64,000 bases of DNA, taken from a virus. Position numbers and translations under genes: made by a program. Positions 15,001 through 21,700 of this stretch are shown in pieces (positions within the stretch are counted from its first letter, which is position 1; each line of letters opens with the position of its first letter). The notes below the pieces were generated by a model, which made no database searches, was not told where the DNA came from, and saw only the letters and a program-made list of their open reading frames with translations. The stretch spans positions 19,219 through 83,218 of the IMG/VR virus record IMGVR_UViG_3300030430_004105. One strand, given 5' to 3'.

Positions 15001-15014
15001 TCTTTTAATTTCAT
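1..15014 (-). CDS. Giant (>5,004 aa, 3'-partial) baseplate wedge / receptor-binding virion protein with several LamG domains and a repeated stalk
   Basis: ATG at 15014 overlaps the TGA of the upstream gene (ATGA) and reads MKLKDLYNSTKVIKSSSLEDMAAD. The same frame still reads protein-like at the left edge (LKDVKWMIFKVKQKGARNYDEKMESDLAD). Spot translations at 2.5, 3.9-6.6 and 8.7-9.2 kb are stop-free. The ORF track has no complete ORF in this frame, which is consistent with one ORF lacking a stop in the window. It follows the gp25- and gp6-like genes. Confidence 0.9.
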   Translation of the reverse strand, partial: MKLKDLYNSTKVIKSSSLEDMAADVESESFIEQTSIDEERFYPNVDFSDPSQFAIYGSAEKYYTDAFARIRTLYPYDGSEAEKAQWLNESTFIDKYIFDHKYPRFNGHINLGYPTWGSLSGGIIDGYGKSTTNTFIKTFGGPNKSDLSGLENQFGDANKLDTVKSRESNLKFNLNEGVTVEMWVKKPAFDTSKTEKEVLFDLWNGQPSSSAQYGRFRLELTGAAAGSPFLFTALSGTNGIQNQSCGQNVTTSSITDWTHIALSLKNTGSNLSTNLYINGALNHQQTISSAALNNITGSIISFIGALQTAPSGSPTIQTGAGKFSGSLDEFRYWKTERTAKQIGRYYWNTIGGGTNTDEANTKLGVYYKFNEGITQTASFDSNVLDYSGRVSNGAWTGYVSGARSTDSAMVLAKVIDKEFKDPTIRSNHPDYISTLSELEASGSHYDMYNNSSIFHTMPQWILEDDDVKEGNLRNLTQIIASYFDNMHLHIREVNRLKDIYAHFQTKTGDEYGNTSTSGSVKPLPFADRLLTNASFVAPELFSDATVLEKLAKRSEDENYEMKLHDVKNQIYQNVYSGLINTYKEKGTNKGFRNILHAFGIDEEVVKINFYGNNVEFELKDRYSIRSVKEKFIDFNNPDRFNASIYQIPSGSNISFITGSTSNFEKFIPLTFETQIILPNKLPFDEPFGFATPFTKSVIAGMHQATSNTNYAIANPDKCDMQMYVERDETESKRVKFHLSSSALGVHLSSSLYDGMYDNNEWLLAFKIVNDKHPTANLVSSSDDGNYKLHFIGYNTVDSSELNSFVLTSSVASASAHSFLVNSKRIYAGAKRTNFTGSLVDRSDIKLGFTRLWYSELSNETLKRHSSDSRNYGANSPFRSAYLAQTDANSPKVPEIDTLVLNWNFSTLSKTDSSGQAIVLDASSGSAPVKYNANFEAVKNKFYFGKLDFMPVSDEKAIDVDYITAARSTYPEILQGDDMIEIRTQDDIVFTKETLPQEYYIAFEKSMAQTVSQEMINFMSSVTDFNNLIGRPVDKYRMEYKALSKLRQLFFERVSNEPDLDKYIDYYKWLDDALGEMLVALVPASLAHSDGVNNVIENYVFSRDKYTNKFPTIEFKAPTPEGGMNTINRHLYPWKQGHAPVGGTPENKNCFWWLERAERDRPPLSGSASGSNNTRVKVFQARNSVLNRSFTTPQHFAVKRDRVIHGGINYEDNKKRDYIWSATKEAAEYPLLYGQFGAFPLRYVVANSDMFQSLKDCTDERPVTEKIKRAFSAIDGFTAFHHAMSGGHDGLFKGGMVMPFNIMSSSVTTGYSAEVNGIPGGNQNIDIVNVHSDTTDNTNEIPMQSPFTERWVGGHQSRHSNINRGSDSPTNRAEGYKILINNILNESGSIGIVGADYPVPNSSFSTPPHFYVNQAKARYYRDERAKRPVNIKNIKTSERAVGNYQKTYQFVHTFGRSVNKTRFRDIGDSNLHNPINSALPETNLEASLISRGVGGNGNLASNFNTSSLYLGGVKTTTENSVAGTGKSVIVNRFSAPGGFETMSEVFLDMFGKEKSAYNSLPFRNLQVRGSGSGESGTIRLVDIHGNRFGLVVHLTRHAAQFGIDSVLGGTNPAYHKVNRNPKWDASEGEKDFDNYWIQHQIPQSDFQYKWVKASHTASLATSSLAGHILSDFSEPSGTSSIYPHENINYAVVSQSVTNQRMTGTTVYGYPSWEQVRNNDTNKNVVNKKSYGYSLETDGTAETIEESRITENIPIYTTMKFKDEIFRFVHPYVNMKYHFDNTKFDEEGVNPSVNETIYDNVLGYYKNEDHEAFSLKAIRVRQNLFPDFLKHTKYNVRHRHYFVSKFWTDGENVLYNTDTGENSYLGLDEVGRRQQNVTASLFSKEAINSQTKTFIDSGQLTNIIPSQSIWNMDSRINFTSSSPKVAASNSAGAPGVLQNQDHHFHNGLQTVLVTGSTATGSIITTKATVFGKHSSGSFTVHGMTPTGVKATGSFEFTSSATVLGTRHISKFYVSGAHVPAASASLQFNVTGATTVGQFSTASFEMSGASFAGSTTQQIFTFSGGGYTAGSAATANLKVLAIPRYGDRFAFIFSPKSISTITSTPSNYHETGLTFKTQTYHIVTDNNDHTDNYASNIHIPVYNPVSFIKITSNSMLSGGGFSGFTNDQGTTILFTMKNKTGINPSADGTYNILKIYRTGSGTHAIEILYQKSGANNHLICRRYYQNSNSNYIETRFTNFFAFSTNGNNAWHAIKLSISDTNPATEEWSAYSDGTEYTTKTTTYNGVVINTYAPSAPAGNYFVGDNSTNFDLSIGEIGIYDSTSAPSETDYYNSGEWTSLNDLAPSTNLVTYWSPGNYVSDDISSGDITDIGGGTNHLSITPSTATAVELLRSEASYSNKNLKSDQEFGLAWVEKLNASFTANSQPYTAEVFGNSSTVRILADDVGYDLPTAYDITKDVTVGETTTTYEPFSSTTYFGAQHNTISGEIVSNSNVNIKGGTHKIKHSSPLDEGNVYTFAGDGTANVYTPRDFLIAQQRSRSWRWTSTGLAQRMDVHNDSYTISGDFTVCFWLKSDNIASSTNQYILSFAEDSKDTTPSDQTIVVYYQYDDLYIRMYNSSGYYNEWKKEGIMKTTRFQFFSITFDVDSIQNDPELRINSALQSYDTTSKSNTGALREVNSIFVADSPFVNSSNFELQGCLAHLSIWDTLLGFTDIEEIYNKGYARNLQTHPKYFSNCLSWWVFSGGQDNPSTGDMPNFNATPSTVLGAEKTLSGITTPVTGVDSQAYTIKDENLTFVTPSHNSNVNLTFGVVHEGRPVPYTTGLSSLVHYTASTEHYFNHLEYSLESDSEIASANYTTLSNQATYVVTRNVQETDNDAVTLDTGSMFANTFNDFGTSANFTGGNAASGLGVAPYAASIQIRKGNDYTTGAVINDGNYLYININDFGNGTDTAGAGHTLNPVNIEITDYTNTANLYNKIVSAINNSSLVNVVATLQNTNEIRVDSVNAGGGNAYFLYEASTQVTINTATGGGAPSGSTTGHSIDIDGTTVNLASNNSANTSVNVVGVADSDVWSRMETVINSGFVPGWEVLNRSSVGNKATFNIVSKNRGEADNGVVTSSHSSFNVTNSGSNGQDDVGAQENDRIKFPIAGSQFRYLYIAYSDRTSENTTTRKYLDSTVYGTTHTNFWNALKAQLESAPWYYAASYVDNLNGTATFTVTSSESGATGNRTGAAYSSPTFTAGTNFSNGTDESGIRPGDDIIIFNPGTGGTKTFTPTTSDNSGVKFNVLSSSVNSSSAVWENLRSKINSNTTHTANTGSVVGGMMLFSITSSVTGTTNSNPNVTEDGANSGLSYNIIDAGSGGTDESGAKAGDTITIGGTTFTIVHDSSPGVHEINASPGVSANAFSNELTFKILNSSSFGSGGSSTSGMPTGRRFMKLTSSVTGTAQNVAFVRSSNNRTFFNLEGAAGGTTPIGIGDLDFIRFFTDTDGDGTETNLIFKVDLNGDESSTVVDKFIDASGYSGTDEEKSTLFWNDLSQSIKDNTVFDTISISPSNNIATFSITSSATGALFNSDITSVYNGADGVGFTIAANTDGGSDESGAKAGDTITINGVTLTLVTGSSAGAGQVLCGTNVNNLNTISNADYFNNLSASIKASASIASVTIEPVGDAARLHMTSSLLGTAGNIPITETGNTFAATGMSGGYDPVLLRFGEIIPQPRYNYPHVLTSPGSLRSPTAKSSLGLISAEYKLRSNHFNLTRSLGYATDGLYDNTSRWTTPDLSGLTPMDDDYNTWYENIRGHNKHFSLVPEFRISSHVKDIVAGESSEVEYFKKNYWLEITGTSADNGVTVNRNTINISGNEFLKEYSISSDIKNMENFIEENRGDASVAKLTLTCDAIMSFLPYDGFYPQSRTVQMCEAFADSYGRNFLAEEADESNTNLLFPDNNTFAQSRPIFDAIMSPGLLYNTIKSGMAVDYPIITSKLATASLSDPYGGKNYMINNEYFDDRLPFETLINPEAYLASKRIVDANPHISSSVNLRTEWNGIGDKNYKLMSNNFFAEAIGFFLEDGKTSRIISKPDNHPDFGVVIANHAGILPVYRSIFKVYKSKKQHPWVEFKGVTEVVKTDGTVPGTKYIDSNKVDKYYYRPPSGTNYFLREYENLTGTDLEYDLESVGYPRPQMNPYAEVETITMYSQPNAFGPPCAGGVAVEFKGLDTDDITPLTGKHNNTTYMMYDSTNGYNAPFTPPYYDGEAWAIYTFTPERAGKHTLSEILEKTTVDFLRYELNHESGSYGDRGTFGPQGFAINENAMQIDASFNLFKQVSVYPAKYSSQGVISEIDTNQQNAGKAWVIESKFETPILDFSKYLNRPHNAAFESEVSTSDIHTASMSLSGTRSEPDVLSAAHSSLSAVHELSGILNPIGMWHQYGEFPESDERGIFMQMMDVPDDYTILGTELTIANPKYTVVKPDINDCDGAGLNLGYNKNPGKTILPYFKKQEIRRKLVGKEDLSVLGSSIQLINKDDGIIIDAELNSAELTAVYGSIQNAQSSSGLFTIIQSSDKTMLTTNSAFTGGLYTVFINTTASSASYPQKSSGSYQGNWATAYYNYDRAGTYTPILIEAKDYASLSFDYGSFSRGLFEDFLKEFSIGVKYTDQSADLSDRADISCVDVDGKKQIVPVELEDKLVELNPSIKSFAKIDMSDKERRDFFGLKGKKKKNNKKFKGLKSRSVTRRFKLIPDNPAVASSPSAATTSSYDYPEPTFIRGSIRYNAGGGTGLAFENKVQMAPQNDKNFARNASTVRWGKFMHSEGSTISTKSLADLVGFSQEKVKMGVTAQTKIIREAVIAIPYIAIEDNERQFLTLDKFEVDKYLFQNNLVSKDRLARTPASRTGFESSIGQSVKDQIDKMQKYNLPPHLDFIENDIEPLPMYIFEFEKSLDREDLNGIWQGVRTESLKKVEFKQETISHDVNVDELLGGLFDENGDGIESLKDVKWMIFKVKQKGARNYDEKMESDLAD
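3930..6530 (-). repeat. Eight tandem degenerate ~90-130 aa domains in the giant ORF (GG.D.SG...GD.I.I ... helix F/W-N-x-L ... TSS..G...N)
   Basis: Helices YFNHLEYSLES, NLYNKIVSAINN, DVWSRMETVINS, NFWNALKAQLES, AVWENLRSKINS, AFSNELTFKILN, LFWNDLSQSIKD, DYFNNLSASIKA. Junctions GGSDESGAKAGDTITING, GGTDESGAKAGDTITIGG, NGTDESGIRPGDDIII. Confidence 0.8.
6790..7400 (-). other. LamG/concanavalin-A-like domain within the giant ORF
   Basis: FTVCFWLKSD...YILSF...FQFFSITFD...LRIN...LQGCLAHLSIWDTLLGFTDIEEIYNKG. Confidence 0.7.
7950..8600 (-). other. LamG-like domain within the giant ORF
   Basis: TTILFTMK...WHAIKLSIS...AYSDG...LSIGEIGIYDS...YYNSG...NLVTYW. Confidence 0.6.
8763..9158 (-). repeat. Eight tandem 16-17 aa beta-strand repeats within the giant ORF
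   Basis: GSTATGSIITTKATVF / GKHSSGSFTVHGMTPT / GVKATGSFEFTSSATVL / GTRHISKFYVSGAHVP / AASASLQFNVTGATTV / GQFSTASFEMSGASFA / GSTTQQIFTFSGGGYTA / GSAATANLKVLAIPRYGD. Confidence 0.8.
13190..13340 (-). other. Baseplate wedge (T4 gp7 / P2 gpI-like) core motif within the giant ORF
   Basis: IYQNVYSGLINTYKEKGTNKGFRNILHAFGI resembles the Y..KGT...I..L signature of wedge subunits. Confidence 0.6.
13900..14500 (-). other. LamG domain within the giant ORF
   Basis: VTVEMWVKK...LFDLW...WTHIALSL...LYINGAL...FSGSLDEFRYWKTERT...LGVYYKFNEG. Confidence 0.8.
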
Positions 15015-16450
15015 TTTCCTACTCTAAATTTAAATACTTTGTCGATTGGTTTATACTCTTGTAAAAAATCGTCATAAAATGCCAACTTTATCCCATATGA
15101 ATATCCGGGCTCAAGTATAGACATATCAAAATCGAAATAACTTCCTGAACCGTCGAAAGACAATTCGGTGTACTTAGTACTGCCAGTTGCGTGTTCAATA
15201 ACTTTGAAATTGTCAATGATTCTAAATATCTCATAAGATCCTGATGTTGGAATGTACAGTTGCGGTTCAGAAACTGCTCTTGTATAAATAGTTGGGCTCC
15301 AACCTTTTAATCTTGTGTAGATTCTAAATCTTGCATTTTCATCATTATCATATTTAGCCTTTAAATTTGTGATAGAAACGAAATAATCGTTTGTTTTAGT
15401 TGTAGTTCCAGTGTATCTAATTTCTGGATAGATTGTTCCGGTGTGGAACTGTGTTGATCCCGTGAACCATACGTCGTGTAATGTTTCAGATGTTCCGGTG
15501 ATAGCGACAGAAGCGCTATATATGCCGGTAGATATATGTGATCCTGTTACAGTTACAAGTGCCGATCCACTTGGTGCGGAAGCCGATGACTCATATATTG
15601 CCACCTTTAACTTGCCAGTCCCAACAGAAGGAATGTTTTTGAGTCTTCCGCCAATATTGTTGTAGATGTATAGATCATTTAGATTATCTACAGCAGGTGC
15701 CAAAGACGAACTGTAGTAAAAGTTTGATCGATCATCTTTAATTGATGAATTCCATTGTGCCTCAATCACAGGGCGCTTCATATAGAATTCTGATTCTCTT
15801 GCCGAAAACTTTTTTGTGTAATATGAATTCGTGTCAGATAACAAACTAGAAGTCAACATCAATACGAAGCCATAATTATTTCCTGAATTAAGGGTATTGC
15901 TCAATACGTCTTCTACATATCTTGTTACATCGATATCTAAATCTTCTGTGCCTTTGACGAACTCTTGCTCAAAAAGATAAGTATTATCAAAGTCACCTCC
16001 AGCAGAACCCCAACCAACACCGCTTGATGCAGATAGCCAATTAGACTGATCTCTGTCCGAAAATTCATCTAGATCAACTCCATACCCTTCATTCCAGTTC
16101 TTGGTGAGAGGATGAGCAACAATTTTGTAGTCCCTAGGGACAGTCGATGCATGAACAACGTTAAACATTTTTAATTTAAATTTTACCGATCCAGATCCGG
16201 GAAGAATGTTCGCTTCTCTGTCTTGCTTGATAGTTCTAATAGAAGATTCTAGATCAGTCTCGTTAACTGGGAACTTTATTAACACTCTTGCCTGCTCCAC
16301 AGAAGCAGTGTTAGCCTGTCCATACATTTTAAATATTTCCAATGAATCTGCTTTACCAGCATTGCCTGATGTGGTTCTAGTTGTCAGCGCTTGATTGAAC
16401 TGATTAGATATCGTATTATCTGCAATTGCAGTGTATCTTTTGATAGCCAT
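15011..16450 (-). CDS. Virion/baseplate-associated protein (DNRLRE/CBM-like N-terminal domain)
   Basis: 479 aa; ADNTIS...RVLIKF...PLTKNWNEG...W...GGDF...IDVT..V...NYGFVL...F.ARES...RPVIE pattern; lies in the baseplate operon. Confidence 0.6.
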   Translation of the reverse strand: MAIKRYTAIADNTISNQFNQALTTRTTSGNAGKADSLEIFKMYGQANTASVEQARVLIKFPVNETDLESSIRTIKQDREANILPGSGSVKFKLKMFNVVHASTVPRDYKIVAHPLTKNWNEGYGVDLDEFSDRDQSNWLSASSGVGWGSAGGDFDNTYLFEQEFVKGTEDLDIDVTRYVEDVLSNTLNSGNNYGFVLMLTSSLLSDTNSYYTKKFSARESEFYMKRPVIEAQWNSSIKDDRSNFYYSSSLAPAVDNLNDLYIYNNIGGRLKNIPSVGTGKLKVAIYESSASAPSGSALVTVTGSHISTGIYSASVAITGTSETLHDVWFTGSTQFHTGTIYPEIRYTGTTTKTNDYFVSITNLKAKYDNDENARFRIYTRLKGWSPTIYTRAVSEPQLYIPTSGSYEIFRIIDNFKVIEHATGSTKYTELSFDGSGSYFDFDMSILEPGYSYGIKLAFYDDFLQEYKPIDKVFKFRVGK

Positions 16451-18261
16451 TACTTAACCCCTCCTTTGATATCAATTGTTGGGAACTTAAATTCAAAAAT
16501 ACAGTTTAGTGGACAAGCAACAAATCTTCCATCAGGAGTTGTTGACTTGTCAATGTCAAATGAAGTTGTAGAATATGCACCTCCAACCACTGTTGTCAAG
16601 TTTACATCTGTGGTGTCAGATACACCTTCAACCCTGTTCAAGGTTGAATATATTTCTGTATAACTAAATGGCTCAGAAATGTCATAGTGTCTAGAGAGCC
16701 TGTCTTGCAGCGTCAACAAGCACTTGTTAAGCACTTTAAATTTATCGAAGCCACCTTTAGTCACAATCGTAAAAGAAAGCGCTAGATTGATCACCTTGGC
16801 GTCCATAATGTCCAATGTATCATTAACCATACGATACTGATTTAGCCAAGTCTTCAAGTTCTCTTTTAATACAACATTCGAAGGTGTCAACAAGCCATTG
16901 GCATCTTCTGAAATGATATACATGTTTAAGTTTCTTTTAAAAGAATCTCTATCTTGCATGATAGCACATCTCTTGACAGAGCCAAACTTAGGAGGCATAG
17001 AGTAAACTAGTGCTTTATAATCCTCTCTGGTTACTGCCCTGTTTTGAGTTGCAAAGAATGCTTTTGTTCTAATTTTCAATTCTTCAGTGGATGGTAGGCT
17101 AACATTCCCTATGATAGGATCATCGTTAGAACATTCTAGCGAAGATCTTACCTGATTTATTGTCGCTTGGTTCAAGATAGTTGGGTTCTCAAAACTAAAA
17201 TTAGCCGCTCCTACTGTGTTGACTTTGCCAGTTCCTGCATTAGGGTTGTCGCTTACATTCTTTCTGTAGATCACTCTTAGAGTCGTATTGACAGGCGCAA
17301 CGCCAAACTTGTCCGTTCCTAATAGATTTGAAGGATCGAAATCAGTATTTGTAACATAATCTTTGGCATACTGCTCCAAAACAACATTTGACGGATCAAC
17401 GACTTTATCAATTTTCACCTCTTCTTCAGAGCCATAGCCAAACTGCATGAAAGTGTCTTGCCCATCTCTTTCTACTACAAATCTCCTAGGAGCAGAAATA
17501 GGCTTCAGAATACTTGGTACAGTGTCTGATGTGGCTGAATCTGAATTATCAATTGATCTATAAATAACATCTTGCCCCAGATGCTCAACTTCAAAAAAGT
17601 CATGTCCTTCTGTGTCAGTACATTCCAGCACTTCTGCAACATTTGATGCATCTAGTTTAATTCTATTGAACCTTTTGAACGCTCCAACCGTAATCTTTTC
17701 TTGAGCCAATTGCCCGGAAACTACTCTAGCAATTGCCTTGATGATATAGTGGGTTGGCAATCCAGTCGTGGCATCGACTCTACCTACAACAATTTCGTTT
17801 GCACTGTTTCTGAAATCTACATCTTGAGTAGTCAAATACGATTCACCACTGTCTGATATTACTTGCGATCCACGCTTCAATATTGGCACATAAGAAGAGT
17901 CAACTGCTAATCCAGTAGCATTGGAAGGTACTAAAACATAAAAACTGACAAACCCGTGTGCCGCTGGGCGTCCACGATATTTATATCCCATTTGACGTGT
18001 CAACTTCACGACGTTTTCATATTCGTTTGCTGTGTCTAAAAACGATTCGTTAACTTGATAGTCTAAGTAAAAAGACATTACGTCTCCCACGTAAGACACA
18101 GTATCAAGCATAAGCGATCCAAAAGAAGCCTCGTTAAAGTCTTTAAAAGTATTAGGATAATACCTTTTTGCATAGTTAACCAAGTCAGTCTTTATAGAAT
18201 TGAAATCTCGACTGGAGTATCTGATTGGTATCTTTTTGTTTTTATCATCGTATTTAGCCAT
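16450..18261 (-). CDS. Baseplate wedge subunit (T4 gp6 / baseplate J-like)
   Basis: YSSRDFNSIK..L..Y...DFNEASFGSLMLD..SYVGD..SFYLD....ESFLDTA; QNRAVTREDY. Confidence 0.9.
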   Translation of the reverse strand: MAKYDDKNKKIPIRYSSRDFNSIKTDLVNYAKRYYPNTFKDFNEASFGSLMLDTVSYVGDVMSFYLDYQVNESFLDTANEYENVVKLTRQMGYKYRGRPAAHGFVSFYVLVPSNATGLAVDSSYVPILKRGSQVISDSGESYLTTQDVDFRNSANEIVVGRVDATTGLPTHYIIKAIARVVSGQLAQEKITVGAFKRFNRIKLDASNVAEVLECTDTEGHDFFEVEHLGQDVIYRSIDNSDSATSDTVPSILKPISAPRRFVVERDGQDTFMQFGYGSEEEVKIDKVVDPSNVVLEQYAKDYVTNTDFDPSNLLGTDKFGVAPVNTTLRVIYRKNVSDNPNAGTGKVNTVGAANFSFENPTILNQATINQVRSSLECSNDDPIIGNVSLPSTEELKIRTKAFFATQNRAVTREDYKALVYSMPPKFGSVKRCAIMQDRDSFKRNLNMYIISEDANGLLTPSNVVLKENLKTWLNQYRMVNDTLDIMDAKVINLALSFTIVTKGGFDKFKVLNKCLLTLQDRLSRHYDISEPFSYTEIYSTLNRVEGVSDTTDVNLTTVVGGAYSTTSFDIDKSTTPDGRFVACPLNCIFEFKFPTIDIKGGVK

Positions 18262-18272
18262 TTATAGTCCTC

Positions 18273-18656
18273 TTATAAGTTTAAATTCAGTTCTTCACTA
18301 GCGTTAAGTGGGCGAATATAAAATCTGATTGTGACATTCACCCTGTTTGATTGAATACTCAAGTCAGTATCTTGAGATTCAAAATTTACTTCCTCAATAT
18401 CAACAAAGGGTAAGTACTTTTTAACTTGCCTATTGATTTTTGATTTGATTTTTGTATAAGTTGAAATATCATTTTGTTCAAACAAAAAATTTCTCATTCC
18501 AACTCCAAATTCCGGATCCATTATTCTTTCCCCGGGAGCCGTGAGTAGTATCATTTTTAAATTTTGTGTAGTAACCGATATCAAATCCTGTAAGTTCTCA
18601 AAGGCTCCATCTCTTGGGCTCAGAGTTAGCGGTAGCGCTGGTGAATAATTTGGCAT
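18273..18656 (-). CDS. Baseplate wedge / sheath initiator (T4 gp25 / GPW-like)
   Basis: QNLKMILLTAPGERIMDPEFGVG signature. Confidence 0.92.
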   Translation of the reverse strand: MPNYSPALPLTLSPRDGAFENLQDLISVTTQNLKMILLTAPGERIMDPEFGVGMRNFLFEQNDISTYTKIKSKINRQVKKYLPFVDIEEVNFESQDTDLSIQSNRVNVTIRFYIRPLNASEELNLNL

Positions 18657-18673
18657 GTTATAATCCTCTCACT

Positions 18674-18681
18674 TAAATAGT
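18674..18681 (-). promoter_or_regulatory. Putative late promoter (ACTATTTA)
   Basis: ACTANTTA-type motif recurring just upstream of many virion/cargo genes; here upstream of the gp25-like gene. Confidence 0.6.
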
Positions 18682-18703
18682 TTGAGAGACATATTTTTGT
18701 TTC

Positions 18704-21700
18704 TTAATAGCCATTGTCTTTTAAGTAAGGAATTACTTTATCTGAAACATAGGTTATCAATTGTGTCCAAATGTCATAAGTATACGTCTCTGTTTGATCA
18801 AAGATTTCATGACTACTGTATTTCCATTTAGCCAGTTTGTGTCTAGTTTTGGTGGCTGTTTTATCTACAACTTCTAGATAATTCCTCTTTTCGCTATCAC
18901 GCTTGCTTTCATAATTTGAATATATGTCTGTGGCGCTTTTGCCCCCTGATCTTGGGTTGTAAGTGACATCAATGTCTACAGGCTTTTCTTGTGGAGGTGG
19001 ATACACGTCTTCGACGGCTGGGTTGGTATTGTAGTATATAAGTGCAATCATATTCAGCCCTTCGCATATCCAAAAATTTGCTTTTAGAGAGTTCTGTAAA
19101 AAAAGTTTAAACTTTGTAAAGTCTTCTTGCACAAATAATTCCTTTTCAATGGCATCGTCTGAAAATTCTTCGTTATCAAGAAGATTGAACCCGATGAGTA
19201 ATGCGTATTGTAACAGCAAATCACTGGCACGAGTTATTAATTGCTCCAATCTTTCACTGAGAGATCCAGAAGGGCTGAAAGCGCTTTCCGTTATTGAGGT
19301 TAAGTCACGAGTGGGAAAAACATCATCTCTATTTCTCCCATCTTTGGGCTGGGGATATCCATCTGTATCTTCGGGATACCCTCCTTCAAAGTAAAGATCT
19401 TCTATCGCTTTGTATTCATTTATAAACGTCTCTATTACACTAGTGTAAATATCTAACTCCTCTTGTCTCATTTGTTCCTCAACTATTCGATTTACGTTTT
19501 CCAACTGTTCTAAAATACTATCAGTATCGCCTGTGGCAACATCTTGTTTGGTATTTCTATTGTTAACCATTTCTTTGATTCTTTTTCTTTCTTTAGGTTC
19601 CAAATATCCAGTAGCCAAATACATTAACCCAATTGGATTGGGTGGTATAGTAAAGTTAGAAATTCCAAACGCAATCAATGACGCAATCTGTGGAGGTATA
19701 TAAATCCCAGCCAAGTCGGCTCCCGTTCTTATTGTAGATCCAATTTGAGTATTTGTGTCAAATTTCTCTGCTATCCCTTTCAATATCAGAGGAACAGTTT
19801 GTAAAGCCATTTTTCTTGCAATATTTGAAAAATCCGGATTTGTTGCTGATTCTTCTGGATAGTTTGAAATTGACAACTCTAGTGCTTTGTCGTCATTGTC
19901 AAAAGTTTTCTCTGAGTTTTTCAAACTCTGGAATGTCATTCTTATAGCATCCTTTGTCGAGGCAAAAGCAGTTAAAATTTGCGGTGCTTGCTTAGCAACC
20001 TCATTAGAGATTGTTGCTATTATTATATCATTTAGATCAGAGAACATGGTATATTTTGAAATAAATTCGTCCACTATCGTATCTTCTGAGTCTGAATCAA
20101 ATATAGGGATTACGCTTAATGTTTGAGATCTTTTGATTTCGCTCACATTAAAACCTTCGTTCCGATTGAATTCTCCGTATATTGGGAAAAGTAATGTTTG
20201 TGAAACAGAGCCAGAGGTTTTCGCAACCAGTGGCAGACTGTCGCTGTTTTCGTAATAATTGGGGCTCCCATCTTCCTCTATTCTTCCATAATAATTTAAG
20301 ATTTGACGAGATGCGTTTACTTCTGTAATGTCTAATTCGGCAAATTCAAACCTATCGTCTATTTCGACATCGTCAAGCCTAGTAAGATGAGATAGTCTAA
20401 ATCTTTGAGGCTGATACTCTAACTCATCTGGGAGGGCAGATAAGTTTGTTCTTCTGGGTAGTTCTTCTCCAGTCTCTTGGTTCAAAAAGTAAGTGTTGAC
20501 AACATACTTTTTCCCTTTTAAATACCTGTTCAGTAATTGGGTTGTCAAATCTTCATCTGGGCTAATAAAGTAAACAAAATCATTGCCCTCTAGAGCAAAT
20601 AGGCTAAAAGCAGTCCGCTTGGCATCTTCGAATATTAGCCCCATTTCGCTTACTACCTCAGTATATATTTTTTCCATCATTGAGGTGTATTGTAAAGGGA
20701 TCGAATCATATTTGATGATGTCATTTATCTTTGAGATATAATCCGGATAATCTTCGAAGTCGTTTTCGAAAGCGGATTTTACTCTCTGAGGAAATTGATT
20801 GGGCATATCATCGGGATTATAAAATAAATCAAGAGCAAAGTAGCCTCTCAGCAACAACTCTATAGTATAAATTTTAAAATTGGCATACACTAAACCTTGT
20901 AATATGCTTTTTGTCATTTGGTTTTCTTCACCCTCTTTGAATGTAAAATTACTATTATAGTCTTCTTTGGCAACATTTTTTATAGATTCAATATCCAGTA
21001 AGTCAACCCTTTCTGAATCAATAACCATGGTATATAATCGCTGTACACTGTTTAGTGTAGAATAATCTCTATAAAGACTGCGTAGTGTTTTTACAACATG
21101 CTCATTGATATTTTTGAAAATTAGTTCTAAATCGTTCCGAATCTCGTATTTGTATGTTTGCCCTCTATACATATCATTTAAATTTGATCTTATATTGTCT
21201 TTAAAAAGTGTATATGGGTTTTGAGTATTTTTTATTTCCGATACTGAATCTTCTAGACATTCATCTTCAGATATTGTCAATACCCTAGACGAACCTGTAT
21301 ACTCCAACTCGACGTCTCCATTATTGCCACGCTTATTGTTTAGATATAAGTAATCACCTGTGTCGGTTGTAATGTTTATTTCGAATGTTCTTAAAAAGCC
21401 TTTTAGATCTGGAGGTTGTAGTTCTATTGTATCTTTCTTTACGTATATATTACCTTTTTCTGCATCATCAGACTTAATATACTTATTTTCGCCATAATTG
21501 GCAGCACTTACATTTTCGACAACTTCAATGCCACCTTCATATTCTATAAATTCATTTCCCGATTTTTTATATAACTTTGTTTCTAAGTTTTTGTAATAAG
21601 TTTCAAATTCTAGATTATACTTGAAACTTTCACGAACTGGTTCAACCTGAAGTCCATCTTCGGTGCTGAATCCAGTCACAATCCCATCACCATATTCGAA

